Shown piece after piece: positions 22,491 to 34,793 of a stretch of DNA of 64,000 bases. Where the stretch lies: positions 558,001 to 622,000 of the forward strand of contig NC_134025.1 of assembly GCF_964204645.1 (NCBI RefSeq). The letters are read 5' to 3'. Made by a program: the position numbers and the translations under genes. Source of the stretch: Tubulanus polymorphus. Taxonomy: Eukaryota > Animalia > Nemertea. The notes under the pieces are model-generated. The model was not told where the DNA came from. It searched no databases and saw only the letters and a program-made list of their open reading frames with translations. Numbering within the stretch: the stretch's first letter is position 1; each line of letters starts with the position of its first letter.

Positions 22491-23213
22491 TTCTATAGTG
22501 AATTCTGGACTGTGTTCTACAGTTAGAATTAGTTTACTTCTGGTGATTTGACATCTAGACTCAAATTCTAATCAAGAACCGTAGAACCCAGTCACATATG
22601 GTCAGATCATCATTAGTTACTAATGACTTCTTTCCTCATTTGCGATAAAATCAACATTAAGAATCTAAATATACCGGGGTTATCAGCTTTGTGAAACAGT
22701 CCTAGTAAAATCTTACTCCAAAACTGTAAAACTGACAGTCGAGTCTCTGAACTAGAAAACACAAGTGTTCAGGTACAACATTTTCACCATCACTTTTTTC
22801 ACTTAACAAAACATTACAAAATAAATCATCGGAATCGCTACAATCACCAACACAAATAACACAGTTTAACAAGCATTGTGTGTGTAAAAATACCTACATT
22901 AGTGCAACATTACTGTTTTATATAAAATATCTATATTTACTATAAATCTAGTGAGTTAGATTTATAGTTAAGAAGCGCAACCCTTCCCCAGTCACAGGCT
23001 ATGGACGGGATGATTCTACAAATAGTTATATTTACTTACTTTAAAAGTATATCAAATCATTTGACCACTGGAAAATTAGGTATACAAAAAAAATAAAAAT
23101 CGCATTTATCACACGTCATACAAAAAAAAAAGAAAATAGAAAAATGGTTTTCATGAATAAATCTAAAACTAATCTCTATGATTACCGGTACTGGATTTCA
23201 TTTTTAAACTTAC

Positions 23214-23345
23214 AGCAATTTTTCCAGCTGCTCGCAGTTGATTTACGCGGATAGTTTCAATACTGTTTAAAACATCCTCTAAACAATATTGTAATTCTTC
23301 AGAATATCTTTCAACAAGTGGAGGAGGGATACCACATACTCCATG
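23214..23345 (-). CDS. SASH1: SASH1-like exon (132 nt, phase 0/0)
   Basis: HGVCGIPPPLVERYSEELQYCLEDVLNSIETIRVNQLRAAGKIA resembles SASH1 HGRCGIPEALVQRYAEDL...IRVKQLR; canonical splice sites. Confidence 0.9.
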
Positions 23346-23586
23346 CTGGAAATACAACAACAGTTTTATCGTGATAAACTACAGAAAGAAACTCTGTTAC
23401 TGTCAGGATTCAAACTATCAATTGTTGGGGGGGGGGGTGGAGAGCTCAGAGAGGAACTATAGAAAGGAACTCTGTCACTGTCAGGATTCAAACTATCAAT
23501 TGTCGGGGGTGGAGAGCTCAGAGAAGAATCTCTGTTACTGTCAGAATTCGGGATTATTGAGGGAACAGTTTATAACAGTAACTCAC

Positions 23587-24455
23587 CTCGTTAGTGTATG
23601 GTTTCATAGTGAGATCAATTCCTTCCAGTTGTAGTTTCGATGCAATAAGACTATTCAATGAACTCGTCACATTCCTCTGTTGAATATTCGGACTTCCTTT
23701 CGTTGAATTATTAGTTTTTTTCGGAGTGAGAAGCGTAGGTAAACTGCCCTGTCGTGTGTGTTCACTATGTAACAGTTTAGGGGAACACGTTTGATTATTT
23801 CTCTGTCTGTTTATGATTAAATCTTTACCGGTGCGATGAAACGGTGATCCGGATCTCGTTTCTAAAGTTAAATAATCTTTAGCGTTTCGATGTTGAGTTT
23901 GAGGTGAATAATATTGTCTGTGACTAGAACTACGAGGAACCTCGAACGATTGCGATTTAACCGGTCGGTTGTCGAGGGTAACGCTATTACAGCGTCCCGA
24001 GTGACCGCCGACGATCGATGAAACTCGTGACGGTTTCGGGAGGATTTTAGGCGGAACTCGAGACGTCGAACTCGACCGGATTTTGACGCCGTTTAAAAAC
24101 GAAGTGGCATCGAAATTATCAGCAGCAAAAAACGACGGAGATCGCGACGTATCGCGTACAACGACGCCACCTGGTAGCAGATTATTAGTATCACACAGAG
24201 ACGTCGGCGTAGGGCTGATGATCGGAGTGAAATTATGTAATTCGGCTTCGACTACGAGTTTATGATCCATCGTTAATAAATCGACGCAGTTTCCTTCTCC
24301 TCCCCCCTCGTCCAAACAACCATTCGTCGGATTAAACACATGATCCACTAATTCCACATTTTTATGGACATTGTCGTCGTCCTCATTGTTATACGAAGGT
24401 GAAGGTGACGGAGAATTTGACGACGTCTGCTCAGAATTCAACAAGTCTCTGTTAC
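23587..24455 (-). CDS. SASH1: SASH1-like large disordered exon (869 nt)
   Basis: S/P-rich with PPKILPKP; ends KLQLEGIDLTMKPYTNE (SASH1 KL..EGIDLT..PY); ttgctag acceptor, GTGAG donor. Confidence 0.88.
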
Positions 24456-24690
24456 CTAGCAACGGCAAATAACATACATTCATACCGATATTTCAGGTTT
24501 CTGGGGCTGCAGTTGCTGAAAGCTTGATTACAGATAAACTGATAGATAAATACAATAGTTACAATGAAGTTTTAATTGTCACTACGTTAACTATCCACTT
24601 TGAGTAACTGCAGCCCCTGATTCTCGAGAGACTAATATTGATGCTGGTTATTTTCTACTAGTTTTTAGATAGTTTGAAACTAATATTTAC

Positions 24691-24838
24691 CATCACTATC
24701 TCTGAGTAGTTGTGCAGCAGTTAATAGTTTAGTAGTTTGTTCAGGAGTTATATCCACTAGTGCTAAAGTTTCTGCTGTCAATTCACTGAACGTATCCATA
24801 TCTTCATAACCATGAGAAACTAAAACTTCTTTTAAATC
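24691..24838 (-). CDS. SASH1: SASH1-like exon (central SAM domain, second part)
   Basis: DLKEVLVSHGYEDMDTFSELTAETL...KLLTAAQLLRDSD resembles SLy-family SAM (GYEDLDTF...LLTA). Confidence 0.9.
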
Positions 24839-24902
24839 CTGAAAAACGAACGAACAGTTACACAACCTCATTATTCTGTTCTCTGTCGAGTTAATCGTTT
24901 AA

Positions 24903-25187
24903 CCCTTTCAGTGCGTCTACACCGCAGTGCAGTGTATGAATCAGTGATGGATTTTGCTAGTACACCGCACTGCAGTGTATTGATGTAATTAGTAATTAGT
25001 TTTATCTCTATTGAATGATGGCAACACCTGTCAAACATAGTGAAATACTAGTAACTAACAATACACCGCACCACTGTGCAGACGCACTATAGTGGTATTC
25101 CCTTTTCAACACACTAGGGTGAAATTTTTTAAAAATTTCAAATTATCTCCAGCACTATAGGGTATTAATTAGTCAGCACTGAAAGGG
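24903..25187. mobile_element. piggyBac-type MITE
   Basis: TTAA|ccctttcagtgc ... gcactgaaaggg|TTAA (12-bp TIRs, TTAA target duplication); internal tacaccgca(c/g)tgcagtgta palindromes. Confidence 0.8.
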
Positions 25188-25216
25188 TTAAAACTGAATA
25201 ATGATTGAATACATAC

Positions 25217-25462
25217 AGCAAGACCAATTTTACGAAGCACCTCTTCAAGTGTGAGAGATTGACTGAGACGGAACTTTGATAATGTACTCATTAAACTCTG
25301 TGATATTGGACGTTGTTTAATTGTCTGATCGTTTTCATTATTCAAATCTTCCGTTATTTCAGTGACACAAACGAATTTAAAATCACCATGACGACCGTTA
25401 ACGTCGTAACCTCGCCACATGCCAGACGGATCTTTGTTTGTTATTTTTACGATGTCACCTTT
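25217..25462 (-). CDS. SASH1: SASH1-like exon (SH3 second half and start of SAM)
   Basis: KGDIVKITNKDPSGMWRGYDVNGRHGDFKFVCV (SLy-type SH3 G.FKF)...TLEEVLRKIGLA. Confidence 0.9.
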
Positions 25463-25765
25463 CTAAAAATATAGAAAAACATTTTCAGTTTTCATCACAT
25501 AACTGATAGAAAATACTACACTTCGGAAACGTTTCCTAAAAGATGTCTATCAAAATATAGTTGAAACATTGAATGAACTGTTTAAGCTCAAGAAAACATT
25601 TCGGACTTGATATATATCATCTTCAGTCCAATAGAGTACAAAATGTTTCCTCTAGCTAATAATAATAACACTAGTATTCCTGAACGCGACTTTATCAGGA
25701 TAAAGTCAAAACATCGAATAAACTACGAGCTCGAGGAGACATTTCAAACATTTTACTGTATTTAC

Positions 25766-25860
25766 CTTTAAAGTTAAAGCTTTAGTGTTGTATGGACTAG
25801 GAATATAATCAGCTTTAACTATGGCCGTTCCAATCACTGATTTCACTGAATATTCACCAT
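25766..25860 (-). CDS. SASH1: SASH1-like exon (SH3 first half)
   Basis: IGTAIVKADYIPSPYNTKALTLK resembles SASH1 [20 protein letters not shown]. Confidence 0.9.
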
Positions 25861-25946
25861 CTGTAAACAAAACATATACAGTACATAAAACATTGATTAA
25901 TTCGTGTTCACTTAGTCTCAGTTCCAAAGTTCCGCTGAAAACATAC

Positions 25947-26225
25947 CCTCCGCTTTAAGAGTTGAAAATTGCTGATCAGTTGGACTATATTCATCCTGAC
26001 TAGAATGTCCACCTTGTAAACTTTCCTCTCCGCTGCTAGTGTGACCGGTACTAGTCCAACGACCGCCGGTATTAGAAGTATTTGTAGTAGTAAGAAATGA
26101 TTGTAAAGGTGGTGTTGAGGCGTATGATTCGTTATCGGTTGTATATGGTGTGTACAACGTCTCGTCGATATTACCGGTGAAATTTAACAGTGATAAAACA
26201 CTAGACGTATCTCCTATATCTGTAT
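25947..26225 (-). CDS. SASH1: SASH1-like exon (S/T-rich, 279 nt)
   Basis: ttcag acceptor and GTATGT donor, phase 1/1, open frame. Confidence 0.75.
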
Positions 26226-26255
26226 CTGAATAAATATACCAAATACATATAGAAT

Positions 26256-26452
26256 TAGTTGTCGAATAAACACTATAATCCGTGTAAACTGTAGATAAAT
26301 GAAGAAATCCCACACTTCGAATTTGAAATTAAGTTTTTCTGGTCATTCCACCTGATGATGGCTGTTAGTCAACAGCCGAAACGTTGTGGTTTCGTAATAA
26401 TAAATTTGATCATATAATTTCAAATTCGAAGTGTGGGATTTCTTCATTTATT
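26256..26452 (+). mobile_element. Penelope-type mini-element containing a hammerhead ribozyme
   Basis: 12-bp TSD tacatatagaat (26244-26255 / 26453-26464); ~37-bp internal inverted repeat ataaatgaagaaatcccacacttcgaatttgaaatta; related copy at 45198-45466. Confidence 0.75.
26348..26389 (+). ncRNA. Minimal type I hammerhead ribozyme motif
   Basis: ccac-CUGAUGA-u-ggcuguu(aguc)aacagcc-GAAA-cg-UU-gugg: helix I ccac/gugg, 7-bp helix II, palindromic AACGUU helix III. Confidence 0.8.
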
Positions 26453-26607
26453 TACATATAGAATATAAACTATACATATATATATATATATATCACACGT
26501 GTTTGTGAAGTTGTGTTTAATTGAATGTAGATCTGAGGAGTCAAATATAACTCAAATATTGTAAACTATGAGTTAGTAAATTATTTCACATAGGTAATAG
26601 TAAGCTC

Positions 26608-26755
26608 AGGTCCAGGGACTAGCGACGGGTCCCTAGGTCCGGGGACTAACTACGCATCCCTAGGTCCGGGGACTAATGAAGGGTCCCTAGGTCCGGGGAC
26701 TAACTACGGATCCCTAAGTCTGGGGACTAACTAGGATCCATATGTCCGGGGACTA
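26608..26755. repeat. ~27-bp minisatellite
   Basis: Variants of gtccggggactaactacggatccctag. Confidence 0.8.
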
Positions 26756-26776
26756 GAGCTCGAGGGCAACACATAC

Positions 26777-26840
26777 CTGTAGACGAACATGTCGATGCTT
26801 TACTGAATTTACGTTGAGCTTTTGGGGCGTCCGGTTGAAA
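26777..26840 (-). CDS. SASH1: SASH1-like exon (64 nt)
   Basis: FQPDAPKAQRKFSKASTCSST; ttttag acceptor and GTATGT donor; phase 0/1 fits neighbours. Confidence 0.7.
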
Positions 26841-26954
26841 CTAAAATACAAACATTACGTGTGAAATGCGGACTCATCAATATTTATACGAGTAACTGAT
26901 TAATGAGACAGACGCTGCTGCCATCTACAGACCACTAATAGAAACATTATTCAC

Positions 26955-27008
26955 CTCTGCTGAACTTATACTTGCTTTCTTGCTGCGACGAGCTTCAAAA
27001 TTTTTAAC
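26955..27008 (-). CDS. SASH1: SASH1-like exon (54 nt)
   Basis: VKNFEARRSKKASISSAE; ttacag acceptor and GTGAA donor; phase 0/0. Confidence 0.7.
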
Positions 27009-28104
27009 CTGTAACAAATAAATATCATTGATAATAACATTAATTCAGTTGAGTTAAATAAACATCACCCATAGATTGAGATCCCTTGACCTCAGACCCG
27101 CGCCCCAGGTCCACAGTTGATTCTACACCCGAGCCCAGGTCCAGTTGATTCTAAACCCGGGCTCAGGGCCCAGTTTCATGAAAAAGTTTTAACTAAAATT
27201 TTTGGTTTGATTGCTATTGGTTGCTTCATGTTTTTAATGAGGACGACAATTCAAACTTCACCGTTGATTAAGATTCAATTTACTATAGGGGGAGGGAGAG
27301 CGGGAGTGGGAGGGAGAGAGGGAGTGAGAGAGAGAGAGGGAGGAAGAGGGGAGAGGGGGAGGGAGAGGGAGAAAGGAGAGAGGGAGAGGGGGAGGGAGAG
27401 GGAGAGAGAGGAGGGGAGAGAGAAGGGGAGTGAGAGGGAGAGGGGGAGAGGGGAGAGGGAGGGGAGGAAGAGAGAGTGCTGATGATAAGTGATTGTTTGA
27501 GAACTCACGAGTGGCCATTATTGTAACAGATATAATTCTATTTATTTCAAATGACGTCATTTTCCCTGAAGGCAAATTCTACACCACATTTTAATAATAA
27601 CGGTTTAATTGAGCAGAGACCGCAGCTCAAATCAACCTCAACAATCAAATCTAGTGTCATGACTACCAGAGATTAGAGAATCGTGTCCTTCAGTTTAACA
27701 GTTGAAGTACGTGAATATCTGAGTGGATTAGCAGCATGTGTGACCGCGGTATATATACCGCAGTCCAAAGGTAACAATAGAACTTGAAAAGGCTGGATAT
27801 AGTATCTTTCGAAGCGACTAGATAGAACATGTATTGCCCAATACCGGTTGTAGCCGATAGACACAGTAGAATGAGACATCTGTCTGTAAAACAGGTTTCA
27901 TTGAATCATGAGAACAAATAACTGATCGAAGTAAATACAGAGATGACCATCAGATATTCAGTTCAGTATTGTGTCCTGTTTACAACAGATGTTTTTAAAT
28001 ACATTATTCATGCACACTTTCAAAACTGACCGAAGCAAATAAAACGTGAAACGCACTATAGTTCAACCGTTATAAAACGGATTAAAATGGATTAAAATTC
28101 TCAC

Positions 28105-28205
28105 CTCCGTTAATGCTTGATCTTGAGACAGTTTTCCTTCTTTTACGGCTAACATTAATTCAGTCAATCCCTCTTTACTCATTGTTATATCGTGCGCCAC
28201 TAAAT
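28105..28205 (-). CDS. SASH1: SASH1-like exon (101 nt)
   Basis: DLVAHDITMSKEGLTELMLAVKEGKLSQDQALTE resembles the SASH1-family MSDEERI.LM..VKE..IT.EEAL helix motif; phase 1/0. Confidence 0.8.
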
Positions 28206-28439
28206 CTATAAATATATCATAACCATATCAATAGATGATTCACTTATTCAATATTCACAGAAATTCATCGTTGAAATTTTGAAATTCGATGTTTACAATG
28301 AAATATAGTGGTTAGAAAACTTGAGTTATGAAGAAAATTCTACGATGAACCGAAAGTTGTAGTTTCAATAAAACTTGATAAAATTCAGGACCCAGCACCA
28401 AGCAAACCATCCTATCTCTCAAATATAAAATCAAACTTA

Positions 28440-28590
28440 TGAGGGAAGATGATCTCAATCCCCACAGAACAACAAGATGATTTGAATCCCTGCAGAGGGA
28501 GGATGGTTCGAATCCCTGCTGAGGGAGGATGGTTTGAATCCCTGCTGAGGGAGGATGATCTCAATCCCTGCTGTAGGAGAATGGTTTAGA
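28440..28590. repeat. ~26-bp degenerate minisatellite
   Basis: Variants of tgagggaggatggtttgaatccctgc. Confidence 0.7.
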
Positions 28591-28632
28591 ATCTTGTAGA
28601 ATAATTCTAATGAAGTGATATGAATAAATTAC

Positions 28633-28734
28633 CATCGGGCGGTTTATAAACTGACGGTCGTTGTTTTTTCTTTCTGCCGAGAGTTTTAAAGAATTGCGAA
28701 ACTGCGTTCGGTTTCCTCTTTCCGTCGCTGTCTT
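28633..28734 (-). CDS. SASH1: SASH1-like exon (102 nt, NLS-like)
   Basis: DSDGKRKPNAVSQFFKTLGRKKKQRPSVYKPPD; phase 1/1; canonical splice sites. Confidence 0.75.
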
Positions 28735-29695
28735 CTAAAAAATATCATTCAAACATTTATCATTAAATTAACATCCTGTTCAACAGTAAAACCCGCGACA
28801 ATGCACATCATTTAATACATATATAGACAGATATAAAAACATTTTTACATAGATATAAAAACATTTCAATAGTTTATTTCAAATATTGATCAACACAAAT
28901 AATATTTCTATTTATTTTATTCTATCTCCGCAAATAGATTATCAATTATTATCAATTATCTATTTTTGTATATTCTATTTCCAAAACATAATTAACTTTT
29001 ATAGAAAATGTACAAACATCCTGAATCTATAAGACTTTATTTCAGTTGAGAGGGGGTAGTTTCAAACTCAGTGAGTTGGAGGGGGTGAGAAGGGGGTATT
29101 ACAATGACTGTTCTCCAGTCAGTAAGTAGTGCCATAACTGAGTGAAAGCCAGCGAAAGTTCAACATAACTCAACATTTACAAGTCAAGGTTCAGAGACTT
29201 AATGCTCTATTTGTAAATAACAATCCATATTGAAACTACTGACACTAAACATTCAACAGTTTGTTTATTACGACTAGTCTTAAAAATGCTGTAATCTGAT
29301 TTTTGATAAATGTATTTCCTCTTTTCAACTGGAAGGTTTTCTACAGGCCTCAATTTTTACTGTGAATCACATGTAAAAATTCCGATCCACTATAAATCTT
29401 GTAGGAAATGACAAGACACGGTCAGTTCTAATCCTATTTCTACAAATAAAATACAAGTTCTATCAGTAAACCAGACCTGAAGCAATCCCCCCTCCCCCAA
29501 ACACCCCCCTCCCCTCCCCCAAACTACCCCCCTACCAGAATGCTGATTACAGGAAATCTACTTTCTATGAAGTGTTATCTGAGCGTGAAGTGAAATTAAC
29601 ATCACAAAATAACAATTTATTCAAACAGGAATAAAAACAGTGCAGGAGCCTTGAGGAGGATTCTGTTCTCATCAATATTCCTTCCTGTGCCTGAA

Positions 29696-29855
29696 TCCAC
29701 TGCTTCACGTGGAGACCACTGTATCCACAGTACTCCACGTGGAGACCACTGTATCCACACTACTCCACGTGGAGACCACTGTATCCACGCTACTCCACGT
29801 AGAGACCACTGTATCCACACTACTCCACGTGGAAGCTGCACCACTCCACGTGGAA
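29696..29855. repeat. 30-bp minisatellite with CACGTG
   Basis: ccactgtatccacactactccacgtggaga, about 5 copies. Confidence 0.9.
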
Positions 29856-30279
29856 TGTGAGTAGTTATTGTAATTGATACCGGATGTATTGAATGATGAT
29901 GTCATATCCGACACAGAGGAAGTTGTTAATGGATTACGAACGTTTTTAATGAGTGAATTTGTATCTGTCACAGTTTGATTTATGAGTGACTATTGTTTCA
30001 GAGAATGATTAATCAGTTGTGGTCATGAGTTGAGTATCAGTGGACACACATACCGCTCAAACCAGGCCTCGATAAAGTAAAGGTTTCTGATGAAATCGAT
30101 ACATTAGTAACTTGAAACTTACACTGGCAAGTGTAGTTATACATCATTAATGAACTAATGCGAATGTGTATCATTTAAAATGGAATCTATGATCGGATAT
30201 TAGAGTTACACCCATCATTAATAATAACTCAGACAGACAAGAGAGAGGTTGGGAGAGAGGAAGAGAGTGAGGTTGAGTG

Positions 30280-33060
30280 AGAGGAGAGAGAGAGATGAGG
30301 GTGGACAGAGGGAGAGGTGGGAGAGAGGGAGAGAGGGAGATGAGGGTGGACAGAGGGAGAGGTGGGAGAGAGGGAGAGAGGGAGATGAGGGTGGACAGAG
30401 GGAGAGGTGGGAGAGAGGAGAGAGAGATGAGGGTGGACAGAGGGAGAGGTGGGAGAGAGGAGAGAGAGATGAGGGTGGACAGAGGGAGAGGTGGGAGAGA
30501 GGGAGAGAGGGAGATGAGGGTGGACAGAGGGAGAGGTGGGAGAGAGGAGAGATGAGGGTGGACAGAGGGAGAGGTGGGAGAGAGGGAGAGAGGGAGATGA
30601 GGGTGGACAGAGGGAGAGGTGGGAGAGAGGAGAGAGAGAGATGAGGGTGGACAGAGGGAGAGGTGGGAGAGAGGGAGAGAGGGAGATGAGGGTGGACAGA
30701 GGGAGAGGTGGGAGAGAGGGAGAGAGGGAGATGAGGGTGGACAGAGGGAGAGGTGGGAGAGAGGAGAGATGAGGGTGGACAGAGGGAGAGGTGGGAGAGA
30801 GGGAGAGAGGGAGATGAGGGTGGACAGAGGGAGAGGTGGGAGAGAGGAGAGAGAGAGATGAGGGTGGACAGAGGGAGAGGTGGGAGAGAGGAGAGAGAGA
30901 GATGAGGGTGGACAGAGGGAGAGGTGGGAGAGAGGGAGAGAGGGAGATGAGGGTGGACAGAGGGAGAGGTGGGAGAGAGGGAGAGAGGGAGATGAGGGTG
31001 GACAGAGGGAGAGGTGGGAGAGAGGGAGAGAGGGAGATGAGGGTGGACAGAGGGAGAGGTGGGAGAGAGGGAGAGAGGGAGATGAGGGTGGACAGAGGGA
31101 GAGGTGGGAGAGAGGGAGAGAGGGAGATGAGGGTGGACAGAGGGAGAGGTGGGAGAGAGGAGAGAGGGAGATGAGGGTGGACAGAGGGAGAGGTGGGAGA
31201 GAGAGAGAGAGGGAGATGAGGGTGGACAGAGGGAGAGGTGGGAGAGAGAGAGAGAGATGAGGGTGGACAGAGGGAGAGGTGGGAGAGAGAGAGAGAGGGA
31301 GATGAGGGTGGACAGAGGGAGAGGTGGGAGAGAGAGAGAGAGGGAGATGAGGGTGGACAGAGGGAGAGGTGGGAGAGAGAGAGAGAGGGAGATGAGGGTG
31401 GACAGAGGGAGAGGTGGGAGAGAGGAGAGAGAGATGAGGGTGGACAGAGGGAGAGGTGGGAGAGAGAGAGAGAGAGATGAGGGTGGACAGAGGGAGAGGT
31501 GGGAGAGAGAGAGGGGAGATGAGGGTGGACAGAGGGAGAGGTGGGAGAGAGAGAGAGGAGATGAGGGTGGACAGAGGGAGAGGTGGGAGAGAGAGAGAGA
31601 GAGATGAGGGTGGACAGAGGGAGAGGTGGGAGAGAGGAGAGACTCGCACTGATGAGGGTGGACAGAGGGAGAGGTGGGAGAGAGGAGACTGATGAGGGTG
31701 GACAGAGGGAGAGGTGGGAGAGAGGAGAGAGAGATGAGGGTGGACAGAGGGAGAGGTGGGAGAGAGGAGAGAGAGATGAGGGTGGACAGAGGGAGAGGTG
31801 GGAGAGAGGGAGAGAGGGAGATGAGGGTGGACAGAGGGGAGAGGTGGGAGAGAGGAGAGATGAGGGTGGACAGAGGGAGAGGTGGGAGAGAGGGAGAGAG
31901 GGAGATGAGGGTGGACAGAGGGAGAGGTGGGAGAGAGGAGAGAGAGAGATGAGGGTGGACAGAGGGAGAGGTGGGAGAGAGGGAGAGAGGGAGATGAGGG
32001 TGGACAGAGGGAGAGGTGGGAGAGAGGGAGAGAGGGAGATGAGGGTGGACAGAGGGAGAGGTGGGAGAGAGGGAGAGAGGGAGATGAGGGTGGACAGAGG
32101 GAGAGGTGGGAGAGAGGGAGAGAGGGAGATGAGGGTGGACAGAGGGAGAGGTGGGAGAGAGGAGAGAGAGAGATGAGGGTGGACAGAGGGAGAGGTGGGA
32201 GAGAGGGAGAGAGGGAGATGAGGGTGGACAGAGGGAGAGGTGGGAGAGAGGGAGAGAGGGAGATGAGGGTGGACAGAGGGAGAGGTGGGAGAGAGAGAGA
32301 GAGGGAGATGAGGGTGGACAGAGGGAGAGGTGGGAGAGAGAGAGGGAGATGAGGGTGGACAGAGGGAGAGGTGGGAGAGAGAGAGAGAGGGAGATGAGGG
32401 TGGACAGAGGGAGAGGTGGGAGAGAGGAGAGAGAGATGAGGGTGGACAGAGGGAGAGGTGGGAGAGAGAGAGAGAGGGAGATGAGGGTGGACAGAGGGAG
32501 AGGTGGGAGAGAGAGAGAGAGGGAGATGAGGGTGGACAGAGGGAGAGGTGGGAGAGAGAGAGAGAGGGAGATGAGGGTGGACAGAGGGAGAGGTGGGAGA
32601 GAGGAGAGAGAGATGAGGGTGGACAGAGGGAGAGGTGGGAGAGAGAGAGGGAGATGAGGGTGGACAGAGGGAGAGGTGGGAGAGAGAGAGGAGATGAGGT
32701 GGACAGAGGGAGAGGTGGGAGAGAGGAGAGAGAGATGAGGGTGGACAGAGGGAGAGGTGGGAGAGAGAGAGAGAGGGAGATGAGGGTGGACAGAGGGAGA
32801 GGTGGGAGAGAGGAGAGAGAGATGAGGGTGGACAGAGGGAGAGGTGGGAGAGAGAGAGAGAGGGAGATGAGGGTGGGCAGAGGAGAGGTGGGAGAGAGGA
32901 GAGAGAGATGAGGGTGGACAGAGGGAGAGGTGGGAGAGAGAGAGAGAGGGAGATGAGGGTGGACAGAGGGAGAGGTGGGAGAGAGGGAGAGAGGGAGATG
33001 AGGGTGGACAGGGAGAGGTGGGACAGAGGGGAGAGGGAGATGAGGGTGGACAGAGGGAGA
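30280..33060. repeat. ~44-bp polypurine (GA-rich) minisatellite, ~2.8 kb
   Basis: gagatgagggtggacagagggagaggtggg plus a variable (GA)n spacer, about 60+ copies; explains the spurious long ORFs. Confidence 0.97.
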
Positions 33061-33147
33061 CAGTAAATGTTGATTGAGGTAAAACTGGAAGATTAACTTG
33101 AGAAATATCTGTTTTAATATCTCTCCCTCCCTCAGTCCTTCCTATCG

Positions 33148-33232
33148 GTGTATTCACAGTGTATTCACAGTGTATTCACGGTGTATTCACAGTGTATTTA
33201 CAGTGTATTTACAGTGTATTTACAGTGTATTT
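33148..33232. repeat. 11-bp tandem repeat
   Basis: gtgtatt(c/t)aca, about 8 copies. Confidence 0.9.
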
Positions 33233-34161
33233 AGTTGATTAAGTATCAATGAATGTCGACATCAATAAATGATTTCTAGTAAATAAATGGGTTGGCGATG
33301 ATTGGAGCTGACCTCACCTCATCCCGACTGTAATCAACAGCCATAGAGAGAACGCCTGTCAGAGAGTTAGAGGAACCCTCAGCACTGTCAAGAAGAACCA
33401 CAGCGGTAAAGAGGCAAAGAACCCAGTAATGAGGTGGGAATAGTAAAGGTGAAGATAGAATCCCCTCCCCCCATAGTTACAGCCGTTAAACACTGTTGAA
33501 ATATGTGGATAATGAAATTACAGAAGAGTTAGGATAAGAGAAGGAAGTATTTGTAGATATAACCAGTGAAATTTCCATATTTGATCAATGGTATATTAGT
33601 TTATATGCAGGACACAGACAGCGCCGTTGCACCAGTAGTCGCACCAGTAGTCGCACCAATCAGTACAGGTCGCACCAGCAGCGTACTGTCATAGATCATC
33701 ACTGAATCATTACAAATACAATGTGACAAGCAACGAGTTGATAGTCCACCTCTAAAAATAATGATTCAGTCTCCTGAATAACATTCCTTTATCTACAGCA
33801 GCTACTACTTACTACGTCGTCGTTACATTTCATCTTTAGACATAAATCTATTTCGACAATTTGTAATTAAAACCAATAAAAAACTACAGAGATGTTTGAA
33901 GAAAGTGGTGTAGGGAGAAATATTCCCGTAAAAACCAGCACTTGCCTTCTACGACTGCTAGAATCTAATTAAACTATCGATCAAATCAAATCAAACTACA
34001 TCACGACATGTGGCATTTATTTTGTAGAAATGTCTATTTTCATCAGTGAAGCAGTGAAGCTTATCGGTTCACGTCATGAAATCTATCAACAGTTACAGTA
34101 GTAATGTTTGATTTATTCTATTCTATACTGACCACTTGAAACAAACTAGACCTATATGTGT

Positions 34162-34355
34162 CTGGTAATACAGTAACTGGTAATACAGAGTCTGTAACTG
34201 GTAATACAGAGCCTGTAACTGGTAATACAGTAACTGGTAATACAGAGCCTGTTACTGGTAATACAGAGTCTATAACTGGTAATACGGAGGTGGAAACTGG
34301 TAATACAGAGTCTGTAACTGGTAATACGGAGGTGGAAATTGGTAATACAGAGCCT
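34162..34355. repeat. 21-bp minisatellite
   Basis: Variants of ctggtaatacagagtctgtaa. Confidence 0.9.
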
Positions 34356-34793
34356 GCTCTGTGTGGAGGTATCGAGTCATGTATGACATTATAAAACCCC
34401 TGACAAATTTAACATTATAAAAAGCCTGAGGTGATATTCATTAAACAGTCATTTACACGACAATTCTGACATAGCAGTTTATTATGTGAGCAATGAAGTA
34501 ATGTCCCGGGCGATTCAATGAATCTACCGATGTTTCAGTGAATCACTCTCAAGAGATTCTCTTTTTCATATCTCTTTCTCCACGAGATGCCTATAAAATG
34601 TCTCTTAATCTTCAATAATGAGATAAAACTACGAGTAGACAATTCTCTGATATTTCATTCTCGATAAAGTTCTATTTCTTATCATCACAGATTCAGCTTG
34701 AATGAACACTTAACAATAGTTGAAATATCAACTAATCTAGATCAATGATTCTTGAAAACTTTCCATATTTTAGCATTATTCACTGTTTTGTAA

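Noticed and set aside
25595-25630. Minus-strand CUGAAGA...GAAA hammerhead-like motif
   Set aside because: Helix II does not close onto GAAA and helix I is absent; at best a decayed relic.
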